Origin: an uncultured Smithella sp.
GTDB lineage: Bacteria > Desulfobacterota > Syntrophia > Syntrophales > Smithellaceae
Assembly (NCBI GenBank): GCA_964581635.1
Contig: CAZOPH010000001.1
Location: 16,316 to 80,315 of the forward strand
Direction of reading: 5' to 3'
DNA: 64,000 nt
The position numbers and the translations under genes were made by a program. Each line of letters begins with the position of its first letter. Positions within the stretch are counted from its first letter, which is position 1. Positions 53,555 to 62,905 of this stretch are shown here, one piece after another. The notes beneath the pieces were generated by a model. It was not told where the DNA came from. It saw only the letters and a list, made by a program, of their open reading frames with translations, and did no database searches.

Positions 53555-53654
53555 TCAAGGATTTTTAATATTACGCATCATATATTTACATAACATATCT
53601 TATAAGACGTAATAAATTAATCAGCAACGAGTAATGGAACTGGAAAGTTCTCAT

Positions 53655-54614
53655 TTATATTCCATCTTCCGCAAGCTGTTCAATTATTTTTATTTGCCTG
53701 TCCGTCAATTTCCTGGGAACCTCGACGTTGATTTTGACATACTGATCGCCTTTTCCCGCGCCTTTAAGCCCGGGAACACCAAAACCTTTCATTCGGATCT
53801 TGGTGTTATTTTGTGTACCGGGCGAAATCTTCAACCTTTTTGTGGTTCCGTCGAGCGTCGGAATATCGATACTCGTTCCTAAAACAGCTTGTGTGAATTT
53901 GATTGTTTTTTCAATGTACAAATCATTGCCGTCTCTGGCAAAAATTGGATGAGGTATTACATTAATATTTAAGTATAAATCTCCGTTTGGACCACCATTA
54001 TAGCCAGCAAGGCCTTTTCCGGGCAATCGCAGTTTCTTTCCAGAGCTGATCCCAGCGGGAATTTTTACATTGATATCTTCGATGTGATTTTCCAGTTGGA
54101 AAGATATCTTTTTGTCTGCACCAAAAACGGACTCTTCGAGTGATACGGATAAATTATACTCTGCATCCTGGCCTTTTTGCGGCATGTTTGCGTACTGTTT
54201 TCCGCCTCCGCCCATGCCACCAAAAATTCCTGCAAACGGATCATCAAAATCCTGATATCCGCCGCCTCTTCGAGTTCCTGTTCGGAAAGTGGTTCGCCCC
54301 CCTCCCCTGGCTCCACCAAAACCGAAACTTCGCAAAATTTCATCCAGATCAAACCCCCGGAAAATATCCTCCTGCGAGTATTGCTGACGAAACTGGTCGG
54401 CCGATCCGAATGTGTCATATTGTTCACGCTTTTTCGGATCGCTCAAAACCGCGTAAGCTTCGCTGATTTTTTTGAATTTTTCTTCTGCCGCCGCTTTGTT
54501 ATTGGGATTTTTGTCCGGATGCCATTTTACGGCCAGTTTACGATATGCTTTTTTTATTTCATCGGCCGATACTTTTTTATCGACACCCAAAACCTGATAG
54601 TAATCTTCTGCCAT
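53655..54614 (-). CDS. cbpA: DnaJ-class co-chaperone without a zinc finger (CbpA-like)
   Basis: 319 aa. J-domain DYYQVLGV...HPDKN, a G/F-rich linker, and C-terminal substrate-binding domains. No CxxCxGxG repeats. Confidence 0.82.
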   Translation of the reverse strand: MAEDYYQVLGVDKKVSADEIKKAYRKLAVKWHPDKNPNNKAAAEEKFKKISEAYAVLSDPKKREQYDTFGSADQFRQQYSQEDIFRGFDLDEILRSFGFGGARGGGRTTFRTGTRRGGGYQDFDDPFAGIFGGMGGGGKQYANMPQKGQDAEYNLSVSLEESVFGADKKISFQLENHIEDINVKIPAGISSGKKLRLPGKGLAGYNGGPNGDLYLNINVIPHPIFARDGNDLYIEKTIKFTQAVLGTSIDIPTLDGTTKRLKISPGTQNNTKIRMKGFGVPGLKGAGKGDQYVKINVEVPRKLTDRQIKIIEQLAEDGI

Positions 54615-54656
54615 AATCTTCTCAACGTCCCTTTATTAAAAAGTATTGCCTACAAT

Positions 54657-55238
54657 TTAAGCAGTGATTCCCATTTGAAAAGCATCTAAATTCAATTTTA
54701 TCAATTTTTGCGGGAAGGATTTCTTGATGACACTTTCCCAAACGGATTTTTCAATGTTCATCAGATTGGATACAGCACCCAGTAGGACGACATTGGCCGC
54801 TCTAATATTTCCAGCTTTCTGCGCAAGTTTTGCTGCGTCTAACGCGATTACCTTAGGATAATGATTCTTCAAAAAATCAATGACATCAGTGGGATATTCA
54901 GAGTCGCCTCTATTAACAGCGGGCGGATAGATTTCTTCCGTATTGAGAATAATAGATGCGTCTTTGCTGAGAAATTTAAGATAGCGCAGCGCTTCCATTT
55001 TTTCAAAGGAAACAAGTGTTTCGATACTTCCGGATTCGGCCAGCGGTGAATAGACCTTGGTGCCGTAACGCACATGACTGGTTACACAACCGCCGCGTTG
55101 TGCCATACCGTGCACTTCACTTTTCTTGACATCAAAGCCTGCTTCCATCATGGCGATGCACATGATATCGCTGGCCCTCAAAATTCCTTGACCACCTACG
55201 CCGGCGAATAAGATGCTTTTTACCTGAGAATTAATCAT
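54657..55238 (-). CDS. iorB: indolepyruvate ferredoxin oxidoreductase subunit beta
   Basis: The in-frame ATG at 55238 (M88 of the tracked ORF) follows AAGGAAAAGGAAA and gives 193 aa with GVGGQGIL. Lies 16 nt after iorA. Confidence 0.85.
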   Translation of the reverse strand: MINSQVKSILFAGVGGQGILRASDIMCIAMMEAGFDVKKSEVHGMAQRGGCVTSHVRYGTKVYSPLAESGSIETLVSFEKMEALRYLKFLSKDASIILNTEEIYPPAVNRGDSEYPTDVIDFLKNHYPKVIALDAAKLAQKAGNIRAANVVLLGAVSNLMNIEKSVWESVIKKSFPQKLIKLNLDAFQMGITA

Positions 55239-55254
55239 TAACGTTTCCTTTTCC

Positions 55255-57021
55255 TTAACTGATCGCGTCGAATTTACAAACTTGAGCGCATAAACCGCAA
55301 CCATTGCAAAGTGTTGCATCAATAAACGAAATACCTTTGCGTTTGGAACCTTCCTTAGCCACACCCTTTTTCCAAGAAATTGGCGGACAATTAAGCCCCA
55401 GACAAGATTTGCATCCTTCACATTTATCAGGGTCAACTTTGAGGGGCGGCTGCGATTTGACATTTGCCCTTTTAAACAAAGCACAAGGTCTCTTGGCAAT
55501 GATGACAGATGGACCGGAATTGGCCAGTTCTTCCTTAATAGCGCTTTGCGTTTCTTTTATGTTGTTGGGATCGATAACCTTTATATTTTCAATCCCTAGC
55601 GCAGATACTAAAACCTCCAGATTAACTTTTTTAGCTTCTTTTCCCATCAAGGTGTAGCCGGTACCCGGATGTTCCTGCATGCCGGTCATGGCTGTTGTGC
55701 TGTTATCCAGAATAATGATTAAAGCATCGCTGTTATTGTAAGCCATATTCATGAGAGGGGTAATACCGGAATGCAGGAAGGTTGAATCGCCGATTACGCC
55801 CACAACCTTGCCCTTCCCTTTTTCCCCCAAGGCTTTGCTCATCCCATGGGCCATGCCGATGCTTGCGCCCATGCAAATGCAGGAATGGCATCCTTCCAAT
55901 GGTTTTAAATATGACAGAGTATAACAGCCTATGTCGCCGTGGACATAAGCCTTGGATTTCTTCAGCGCGTAAAACAAGCCCCGATGGGGACAGCCGGGAC
56001 AAAGATTCGGCGGACGCTGGGCAAGATTCTCTTTATAAGGTGAAACGGCACCTTTTAAATTAGAATTAATGGCGTTTTTAATGATACCGGGATCAAATTC
56101 ATTGGTATAGGGGAAAATCTCTTTGCCGATTACTTTGATTCCCATGGCCTTGATCTGTTCTTCCAGATAAGGATCAAGCTCCTCCACCACATAGATTTTT
56201 TTTACTTTAGAGGCGAAATCACGGATCAATTTCTCCGGTAGAGGATAGACCATGCCCAGTTTCAGATAAGAAAAATTTGGAAAAACATCCTTGGTATAGT
56301 TATAAGGCATGCCTGCAGTGATGATGCCGACTTCCGGGTCGTTGATTTCCATTTTATTTTCTGGAAATGTTTCCACGAATTCCTTCAATGCCTGTTGGCG
56401 CTTTTCCACTTCTACACGTCGCGTACGGGCATTAATGGGTACCATGACATATTTTTCCGCATTGTAGGCGAGTGTCCTTTTGTCTTCGGGTATTTGCGGT
56501 TCACTGAGCATGACGACGGATTTGGAATGAGAAACTCTTGTTGTCGTTCGCAAAAAAACCGGTGTGTCGAATTGCTCGCTGATTTTAAATGCCAGACTTA
56601 CATAATCTTTAGCTTCCTGAGGATCTGCCGGTTCCAGCATAGGAATTTTAGCGAATTTGGCGTAATTGCGGTTGTCCTGCTCATTTTGCGAACTGTGCAT
56701 GGATGGATCATCAGCGCTGATGATCACCAGGGCTCCTGCAATGCCTGTGTAGCTGACGGTAAATATCGGATCGGCAGCGACATTCACACCAACGTGCTTC
56801 ATCACGGCCAACGCCTTCGCTCCGCCTAAGGCCGCGCCAATGGCCACTTCCACAGCGACTTTTTCATTGGGCGCCCATTCAGCATAAACACCGTCATATT
56901 TTGCAAACTCTTCCATGATCTCAGTGCTGGGCGTGCCGGGATAGGCTGCCGCAAACCTAACACCCGCTTCATAGACACCGCGGGCGATGGCTTCATTTCC
57001 TGACATTAATTCCTTTTTCAA
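55255..57021 (-). CDS. iorA: indolepyruvate ferredoxin oxidoreductase subunit alpha
   Basis: 588 aa. SGNEAIARG N-terminus, TPP motif GDSTFLHSG, and a C-terminal 2x[4Fe-4S] region (CEGCKSC...CNGCGLCAQVC). TTG start after GGAGG. Confidence 0.88.
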   Translation of the reverse strand: MKKELMSGNEAIARGVYEAGVRFAAAYPGTPSTEIMEEFAKYDGVYAEWAPNEKVAVEVAIGAALGGAKALAVMKHVGVNVAADPIFTVSYTGIAGALVIISADDPSMHSSQNEQDNRNYAKFAKIPMLEPADPQEAKDYVSLAFKISEQFDTPVFLRTTTRVSHSKSVVMLSEPQIPEDKRTLAYNAEKYVMVPINARTRRVEVEKRQQALKEFVETFPENKMEINDPEVGIITAGMPYNYTKDVFPNFSYLKLGMVYPLPEKLIRDFASKVKKIYVVEELDPYLEEQIKAMGIKVIGKEIFPYTNEFDPGIIKNAINSNLKGAVSPYKENLAQRPPNLCPGCPHRGLFYALKKSKAYVHGDIGCYTLSYLKPLEGCHSCICMGASIGMAHGMSKALGEKGKGKVVGVIGDSTFLHSGITPLMNMAYNNSDALIIILDNSTTAMTGMQEHPGTGYTLMGKEAKKVNLEVLVSALGIENIKVIDPNNIKETQSAIKEELANSGPSVIIAKRPCALFKRANVKSQPPLKVDPDKCEGCKSCLGLNCPPISWKKGVAKEGSKRKGISFIDATLCNGCGLCAQVCKFDAIS

Positions 57022-57042
57022 ATGTTTCTGCCTCCGTGTTAA

Positions 57043-57723
57043 TCAGCTCAGAGCGGATATTTTTCGCTTGAGAAAAATGGTCGTCCCGGGCTCTGTTGTT
57101 TTTTCCAACGCCTTTTTATAATACTCCAGAGCTTTCTCTTTGTTATTTAATTCTTCATATGCACGTGCGATATTGCGTAATCCGATCATTTCAAAGCCGA
57201 TATTATAAACGCTTTGCGCTTGTTCGAAATATTTCAGGGCATCCTTAAACTCCTTTTTGGCCTCGTATGCATATCCCATAGAAGTTAAAGCGAGAAATTT
57301 AACACCGGTTTTATCAGACTTTGCCTTGCCGACGAATTTTTTATAGGCATCGATTGCCTTGTCCATTTCGCTATTGTGGTAATAAATGTTACCCAGATGA
57401 TAATACGCCATCTTACCACTCCAGCTATGAGGATATTTATCAATCAATTCTTTGAATATTTTAATATTTTCGCTGGCGATTTCTTTATTTTCATCGCTTT
57501 TAAGAATATTCCCCTGAGCCCGGGCGTATAGTTTTAAGGCGGAATTTGAGTAATAGCCCCAGTAAAAATAAATTCCCATAACGATGACAACAGCGCATAC
57601 CAGTGCCGTGCCGATAACTGTTACACGGGTCTTGTTTTCAGAAACATAATCTCCCACTTTTTCGAATGTGGTCTGAAATGCATCAGGACTTTTCAGCTCT
57701 TTTTTAGATAATTTTGCAGCCAT
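57043..57723 (-). CDS. membrane-anchored TPR-repeat protein (YfgM-like)
   Basis: 226 aa. A single N-terminal TM helix followed by TPR-like repeats (AYYHLGNIYY, ALKYFEQA, ALEYYKKAL). Confidence 0.65.
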   Translation of the reverse strand: MAAKLSKKELKSPDAFQTTFEKVGDYVSENKTRVTVIGTALVCAVVIVMGIYFYWGYYSNSALKLYARAQGNILKSDENKEIASENIKIFKELIDKYPHSWSGKMAYYHLGNIYYHNSEMDKAIDAYKKFVGKAKSDKTGVKFLALTSMGYAYEAKKEFKDALKYFEQAQSVYNIGFEMIGLRNIARAYEELNNKEKALEYYKKALEKTTEPGTTIFLKRKISALS

Positions 57724-57724
57724 A

Positions 57725-58153
57725 TTATTCCCCTTTATTGATATTGTATTTATCGGTCAGTGCTCGAAGCAATTGTGGCATCCGGCGGATTTTGCCTTCA
57801 TTGTTGGTGCAGGCATGTATGGTGTATCCTTCCACGAGAAGCTTTCTTCGATCTTCATCCCATATTTTGGAATTAAACTTAATGCTCGCTCTTTTAATGT
57901 AATCGAACTTCGTTTCAATGGTCACCAACTGGTCGTACTTTGCCGGCGCGAGATAATCGCAGAACACTTTAGTCAAAGGAAGATTAAGCCCCAGCTTTTC
58001 CAACTCTATATATGTTACGCCCAATTGCCGCAGCAATTCGTTTCGACCTAACTCAAACCATCGGATATAATTGGTATGATAGACAATACCCATCGCATCT
58101 GTATCGGCATAAATCACACGAATTTGAGTATAATTACTGGGCAAGGAATGCAC
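57725..58153 (-). CDS. ybgC: acyl-CoA thioesterase, YbgC/4HBT family
   Basis: 142 aa. RVIYADTDAMGIVYHTNY motif. GTG start. Confidence 0.8.
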   Translation of the reverse strand: MHSLPSNYTQIRVIYADTDAMGIVYHTNYIRWFELGRNELLRQLGVTYIELEKLGLNLPLTKVFCDYLAPAKYDQLVTIETKFDYIKRASIKFNSKIWDEDRRKLLVEGYTIHACTNNEGKIRRMPQLLRALTDKYNINKGE

Positions 58154-59357
58154 TCCCCTTAATAAAGTTATCCATCAGAAGATGGCCGGGAGATACTAAA
58201 ATGCCACTATTACTGGCTGCGGCTTCAGTAAAGGGATGCCCTGCAGACAGATTTTCTTCTTTGCGTGAAGATAATACAGCAAAAGGACTCGGATCGCCGA
58301 CGTGAGTTTTCAGATCAATCGGGGTTGGATGATCGCTTAAAACCAGAATGCGATAATCACCAAATTTGCCGATGTTATTGAGTATCGTTCCGACTATTTT
58401 TTCATCGAAAAATTCGATCGCTTTTATCTTACCTTCAGCATTGCCTTCATGCCCCATTTCATCCGGGGCTTCCAGATGGAGAAAGACAAAGTCCATAAAT
58501 TTCAGGGCATCCAGTGCCATGTTCGCTTTGCCTTCATAATTGGTGTCGATGTAGCCTGTGGCCCCTTCCACGCGTAATGGCTTTAATCCGGCATTGATGC
58601 CCAGACCATTCAGTAAATCAACAGCTGAGATCATGCCGCCTTTTAAATCGTATTTCTGGGTTAGCGGAACAATCTGTGGTTTTCTCCCCTGCCCCCAAAG
58701 CCAGATGGAATTCGCTTGCTTCTTATTATCTGCCAGACGGTGGGCATTGACCGGGTGGTCTTTTAAAACTTCGGCCACTCTTCGCATCAGATCATTTATT
58801 CCCGCAGCGCCATTACCTGAAGGAAGATGCGGGGCGATGGCCTTGCCGGGAATATCATGCGGTGGCGTGGTTTGCGGAGAACCTGAGGCATTGCGCCAAA
58901 CCATTAAATGGCGATACCCCACACCCGGATAAAATTGATATTGAGACGAGTTGATTCTTTTGTTGATATCCAGAATAATCTCTCGGGCTTCAGCCGAAGA
59001 AATATGCCCCGCCGTAAAGTCATCCATGAAGGCCTTATCAGTATTTTTTTCGCCGATAGTGACCAGATTACAACGATAAGCGATATCGTTGGGTCCCAGA
59101 TTGATACCCATGCTGGCAGCCTCCAGCGGACCTCGGCCTGTATAGGTTTCTTGCGGATTGTACCCCAACACGCTCAGGTTAGCGACATCAGATCCTGGAG
59201 TAAATCCTTTGGGAATCGTGTCAACGAGTCCCAAAGTGCCTTGCGCGGCTATCTGATCGAGAAAAGGAGTCAGGGCGCACTCCAGCGGGGTTTTTCCACC
59301 GAGCTTCTGACACGGATAATCCGCCATGCCATCACCCAGCAATACAACATACTTCAT
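58134..59357 (-). CDS. archaeal-type cofactor-independent phosphoglycerate mutase family protein (possible alternative homoserine kinase)
   Basis: 407 aa. MKYVVLLGDGMADYP N-terminus and metalloenzyme core (HLEAPDEMGHEGN). Lies 20 nt downstream of hom. Confidence 0.78.
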   Translation of the reverse strand: MKYVVLLGDGMADYPCQKLGGKTPLECALTPFLDQIAAQGTLGLVDTIPKGFTPGSDVANLSVLGYNPQETYTGRGPLEAASMGINLGPNDIAYRCNLVTIGEKNTDKAFMDDFTAGHISSAEAREIILDINKRINSSQYQFYPGVGYRHLMVWRNASGSPQTTPPHDIPGKAIAPHLPSGNGAAGINDLMRRVAEVLKDHPVNAHRLADNKKQANSIWLWGQGRKPQIVPLTQKYDLKGGMISAVDLLNGLGINAGLKPLRVEGATGYIDTNYEGKANMALDALKFMDFVFLHLEAPDEMGHEGNAEGKIKAIEFFDEKIVGTILNNIGKFGDYRILVLSDHPTPIDLKTHVGDPSPFAVLSSRKEENLSAGHPFTEAAASNSGILVSPGHLLMDNFIKGSAFLAQ

Positions 59358-59377
59358 GAGTTTCCCTTCCCTGTCAC

Positions 59378-60685
59378 TTACAATTCATCCTCAATACGAA
59401 TAAGAACAGTCTTGTCCCGCACAACCTCAAGTTTGTCTATTTTTTTCAGAGCCTGGCGTACATCTTTTTCTTTCGCTTTGTAGGTTGTCATGACGATCGG
59501 AACAGGCCCCGCCTCTTCTTGGGCTTTCTGAATAACCGTCGCCAGACTGATATTGTTTTCTCCGAGAATGCCGGATATTTTAGATAAAACACCCGGACGA
59601 TCCAGAACAGAGAATCGAAAATAATATTTGGTTTCAATATTATCCATCGGGATCAGTTTGATATCCTTCATGCCCGTTTCATTAATTGATCGCAGTGGAA
59701 CCCGGCCGGCAATACCTTTCATAACATTGCGCGCGCTGTCGAGGATGTCACTGAATACCGCGCTGGCCGTGGGCATCATGCCTGCGCCCTGGCCGAACAA
59801 GAAGACCGGCCCGGAAGCATCTCCCACCAGATGAAAAGCATTGTAGTTCCGGTTGACGTTAGCCAAAAGATGGCCTGAAGAAATCATCGTCGGGTGGATT
59901 CTTGCCTCCACTGCATCTCCCCTAAGCCTTCCAATTGCCAGTAATTTGATCCGGTACCCCAATTCTTTGGCAAAAGCGATATCTTCACCGCTGATTTTCG
60001 TAATACCTTCCAGATAAATATCCTTGAGATTAACCTTCTTCCCGTAAGCCAGAGAAAGAACGATGGCCATCTTATGCGACGTGTCAATGCCTTCAATATC
60101 AAAGGTCGGGTCGGCTTCAGCAAAACCCAGTTGCTGGGCTTCCTTTAATACCACATCGAAGGATTTCGCCTCATCAGTCATTTTGGTCAGAATGAAATTA
60201 CACGTTCCATTCATTATGCCGACAATGGAATTAATTTTGTTGGCAACCAGAGATTCTTTAAGTGTTTTAATGATCGGGATTGTTCCGCCGACGCTGGCTT
60301 CAAAACCGATGTCCACGCCTTTTTTCTGCGCGGCCGGAAAAATTTCATTGCTGTAAGTGGCCAGCATGGCCTTGTTGGCGGTAACCACATGTTTACCGTT
60401 TTTAACGGCCTCCAGCACAAAGGTTCTTGCCGGTTCATAGCCACCCATCAGTTCAATCACAATAGAGATTTCCGGATCGTTGAGAATTTCCCGGGCATTG
60501 GTTGTCAGTATGCTTTTGGAAATTTTGATGCCGCGCGGCGATGTGATATTAATGTCGGCAATTTTCTTTAAAACCAGCTTAGCACCTAGCTTCTGTTCAA
60601 TGAGCTTCTCGTTTTGCTGTAGTAATTTGACAACACCGGTACCGATGTTGCCTAAACCAATCAAACCGATAGAAATTTTTTTCAT
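59378..60685 (-). CDS. hom: homoserine dehydrogenase
   Basis: 435 aa. GLIGLGNIGTGV NAD-binding motif, catalytic domain, and a C-terminal ACT domain. Confidence 0.93.
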   Translation of the reverse strand: MKKISIGLIGLGNIGTGVVKLLQQNEKLIEQKLGAKLVLKKIADINITSPRGIKISKSILTTNAREILNDPEISIVIELMGGYEPARTFVLEAVKNGKHVVTANKAMLATYSNEIFPAAQKKGVDIGFEASVGGTIPIIKTLKESLVANKINSIVGIMNGTCNFILTKMTDEAKSFDVVLKEAQQLGFAEADPTFDIEGIDTSHKMAIVLSLAYGKKVNLKDIYLEGITKISGEDIAFAKELGYRIKLLAIGRLRGDAVEARIHPTMISSGHLLANVNRNYNAFHLVGDASGPVFLFGQGAGMMPTASAVFSDILDSARNVMKGIAGRVPLRSINETGMKDIKLIPMDNIETKYYFRFSVLDRPGVLSKISGILGENNISLATVIQKAQEEAGPVPIVMTTYKAKEKDVRQALKKIDKLEVVRDKTVLIRIEDEL

Positions 60686-60755
60686 TTTTTCACCTTCAAT
60701 TTCTACACTAAAACCGTATCATGCCGCTTGACGGCCCAATTTTCAAGAGGTGACA

Positions 60756-60783
60756 CTTATAACAAATCCCGTTGTTTTGTCAA
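60756..60783 (-). promoter_or_regulatory. candidate sigma70 promoter for hom and the downstream array
   Basis: On the minus strand: TTGACA (60783-60778), 16 nt, TATAAG (60761-60756). Leaves a leader of about 70 nt before the hom ATG. Confidence 0.4.
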
Positions 60784-60847
60784 TTAGATATGATTATTTT
60801 CATTAGATTTGTCGGCAGAGTTGATTGAACGAGATGTCTAAGGGTTG

Positions 60848-61765
60848 TCAGTTAATTAATTGCCTTAATACTTCGTCGTGCAAGGGGGTGGGAGTCCCCG
60901 ATTCCCGACCGGCCCGGCAAAGGAAAGCTGTCAGTGTATCTATTTCAGTCTGATTACCTTTTTCCCGGTCGAGTTGCATGGATGTTTTTGAATTATGGCC
61001 AAAACGCGCAACCATCTCCATCGTTTTGTCGATGACATCTTCCGGCAGATCGATATGGCGTGCTTTGGCAACTGCGGCGACTTCCTGCATCATACCCCGA
61101 ACCTTCTTCTTCAGCGTGGGATCCTCCAAAATAGCGCCATATGTCTTGCCGGTGGCTGATGTTAGAGACGCCACCGGGCACATGAGTAAATATTTTGACC
61201 ACAAGACTTCGGATATTTTGTTCGTTAACGTGGCATCGATTTTTGCTTTTAGTAAAATATCCAGAATACTTGCATATTGTTTAGACGATTCCGTGTCATT
61301 CGTACCGAATGTCAGTTTACAGGCGCCGTCCTCCTGACGGATAACACCCGGCTTTTCGATGTGGCTGATGATATAGACACTACCGGCAACAATAGTCGCA
61401 TCGGGAAGTTCGGCCCGCAGCCGCTCGGCGCTGTCCACACCGTTGAGCAGCGGAATGACAACCGTATTTTTGTTAATGCTGGATTTTAAAGACCTGGCCG
61501 AACTCTCCAGTGAATAACTTTTGACACAAAAGAAAACCAGATCGAATATGCCGGCTATGGCTGATTTATCCGTGGCGATATTCGGCCAGGCGACATAATT
61601 GCCTTCCTTCGTGAATAGTTGTAATCCGTTTTGCTGGATGGCCCGGAGATGCTCACCCCGGGCGATAAAAATGATCTCATGATGTTCGGAGCCTGCATAC
61701 GCTCTAGCCAGTTTACCTCCAAAATATCCCCCTACCCCGCCGATACCAACGATTGCGATTCTCAT
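60848..61765 (-). CDS. panE: 2-dehydropantoate 2-reductase family protein (ApbA/PanE-like)
   Basis: 305 aa. MRIAIVGIGGVGGYFGGKLA N-terminus and a PanE-type C-terminal domain. Confidence 0.78.
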   Translation of the reverse strand: MRIAIVGIGGVGGYFGGKLARAYAGSEHHEIIFIARGEHLRAIQQNGLQLFTKEGNYVAWPNIATDKSAIAGIFDLVFFCVKSYSLESSARSLKSSINKNTVVIPLLNGVDSAERLRAELPDATIVAGSVYIISHIEKPGVIRQEDGACKLTFGTNDTESSKQYASILDILLKAKIDATLTNKISEVLWSKYLLMCPVASLTSATGKTYGAILEDPTLKKKVRGMMQEVAAVAKARHIDLPEDVIDKTMEMVARFGHNSKTSMQLDREKGNQTEIDTLTAFLCRAGRESGTPTPLHDEVLRQLIN

Positions 61766-61847
61766 TTGTTTACGCTCTCAGTTGCAATGATGTAATTCAT
61801 ATCCTAATGGCCTGATCATCTAAAAACTATTCACCATCCGCTATTCC

Positions 61848-62780
61848 CTAAAGCCCTCGCATATATTCCGGACGCAGCATGTGGGGATCTTTCCGGGACA
61901 ATAAGGCATTCAACTGTTTGAGAATTTTATCCCTGTCTTTTGGCATCGAACCCCGGATCGCAAAGTAATTTGACGCATGCATGGAGCTGAAAAAACAGTT
62001 GGTGAAATTTGAATTCTCGACAAGCCCTTTCAGCTCCCGCAAAGAATCAAACGGCGTGATCAGCTCAAACTCGCCTTGCTCCCATTCCTTATAAAGCGCC
62101 GTTCCGGGAATTAATGTCAAAGTCAGTGCTCCTGCATAGTCCGGATCCATTTCCGTCAGAACTCTGGCTGTCTCCGATACATGCTTTGCACTACCTTTGA
62201 CTCCGCCAAGCCCGAGGATAACCGTAGCAGAGAGCAGGATGCCGGCTTCCTTCACTTTTCCGGCAGCTTCCACCATTTGATCGTGGGTGGCGTTTTTCTG
62301 AATCCTCCGCAGTATTTCGTCATCGCCGCTTTCTACTCCCACATACAGAATGCCGAGCTTCTGCTCTTTCAGCGCCTTCAATTCCGCAACTGTGCGCCGG
62401 AGAATGTCATGCGGCGTGGCGTAGCTGGCAATACGCTGAATGTTGGGGAATTTTTGGTTAAGATACTGCAAAGCCTCAAGCAATTTGGGATACGGATAGA
62501 CCAGGGCATCGCCATCCTGTAGAAAGACTTTCCTGCCGTCCCACTCCTGCAATATGTAGTAAACAATCCGGGGCTGCCCCGGCATCACCATGCGGGAATT
62601 TACATAAACGGACATGGCATCAATTTCCTGTTTGACGTCCTCGAGATCGCGGATACCGAGATTCGAAAATGAAAAGTTGCAGAAGGTACATGAATTGTTC
62701 GAGCATCCCGATGTTAAAGGGAGATAATAACTGGCATGCTCGCTGGGGGGTCTGATAATTTCCGGTCTGACAAATGACAT
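61848..62780 (-). CDS. radical SAM protein with atypical CX4CX2C spacing
   Basis: 310 aa. IIRPPSEHASYYLPLTSGCSNNSCTFC near the N-terminus and a TIM-barrel-like core (GILYVGVESGDDE). Confidence 0.75.
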   Translation of the reverse strand: MSFVRPEIIRPPSEHASYYLPLTSGCSNNSCTFCNFSFSNLGIRDLEDVKQEIDAMSVYVNSRMVMPGQPRIVYYILQEWDGRKVFLQDGDALVYPYPKLLEALQYLNQKFPNIQRIASYATPHDILRRTVAELKALKEQKLGILYVGVESGDDEILRRIQKNATHDQMVEAAGKVKEAGILLSATVILGLGGVKGSAKHVSETARVLTEMDPDYAGALTLTLIPGTALYKEWEQGEFELITPFDSLRELKGLVENSNFTNCFFSSMHASNYFAIRGSMPKDRDKILKQLNALLSRKDPHMLRPEYMRGL

Positions 62781-62814
62781 GATTCCACCTTACCAATGAT
62801 TATTTTTGCATTAG

Positions 62815-62842
62815 AGTATAGATACAAGCCTTGTATTGTCAA
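62815..62842 (-). promoter_or_regulatory. candidate promoter with an embedded perfect palindrome (operator-like) for the radical SAM gene
   Basis: On the minus strand: TTGACA (62842-62837), 16 nt, TATACT (62820-62815). The spacer contains ATACAAG-N1-CTTGTAT (62822-62836). AAGGTGG RBS before the ATG at 62780. Confidence 0.45.
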
Positions 62843-62905
62843 GACCCCATAGCAAACCTAAAGTGTTATGGATTTAATCATGCCCAAATCATTTACATCT
62901 TCAGA

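Noticed and set aside
53555-53654. Possible bidirectional terminator between the convergent PaaI and cbpA genes (TATTACG...CGTAATA).
   Set aside because: The 7-bp AT-rich stem encloses a loop of about 32 nt and has no flanking U or A runs, so it is not a credible intrinsic terminator.
54065-54689. Overlapping ORFs on both strands within cbpA (54065-54427, 54140-54466, 54177-54689).
   Set aside because: They arise from the G/F-rich repeat region of the DnaJ-like gene. The cbpA frame has a clear J-domain and C-terminal domains.
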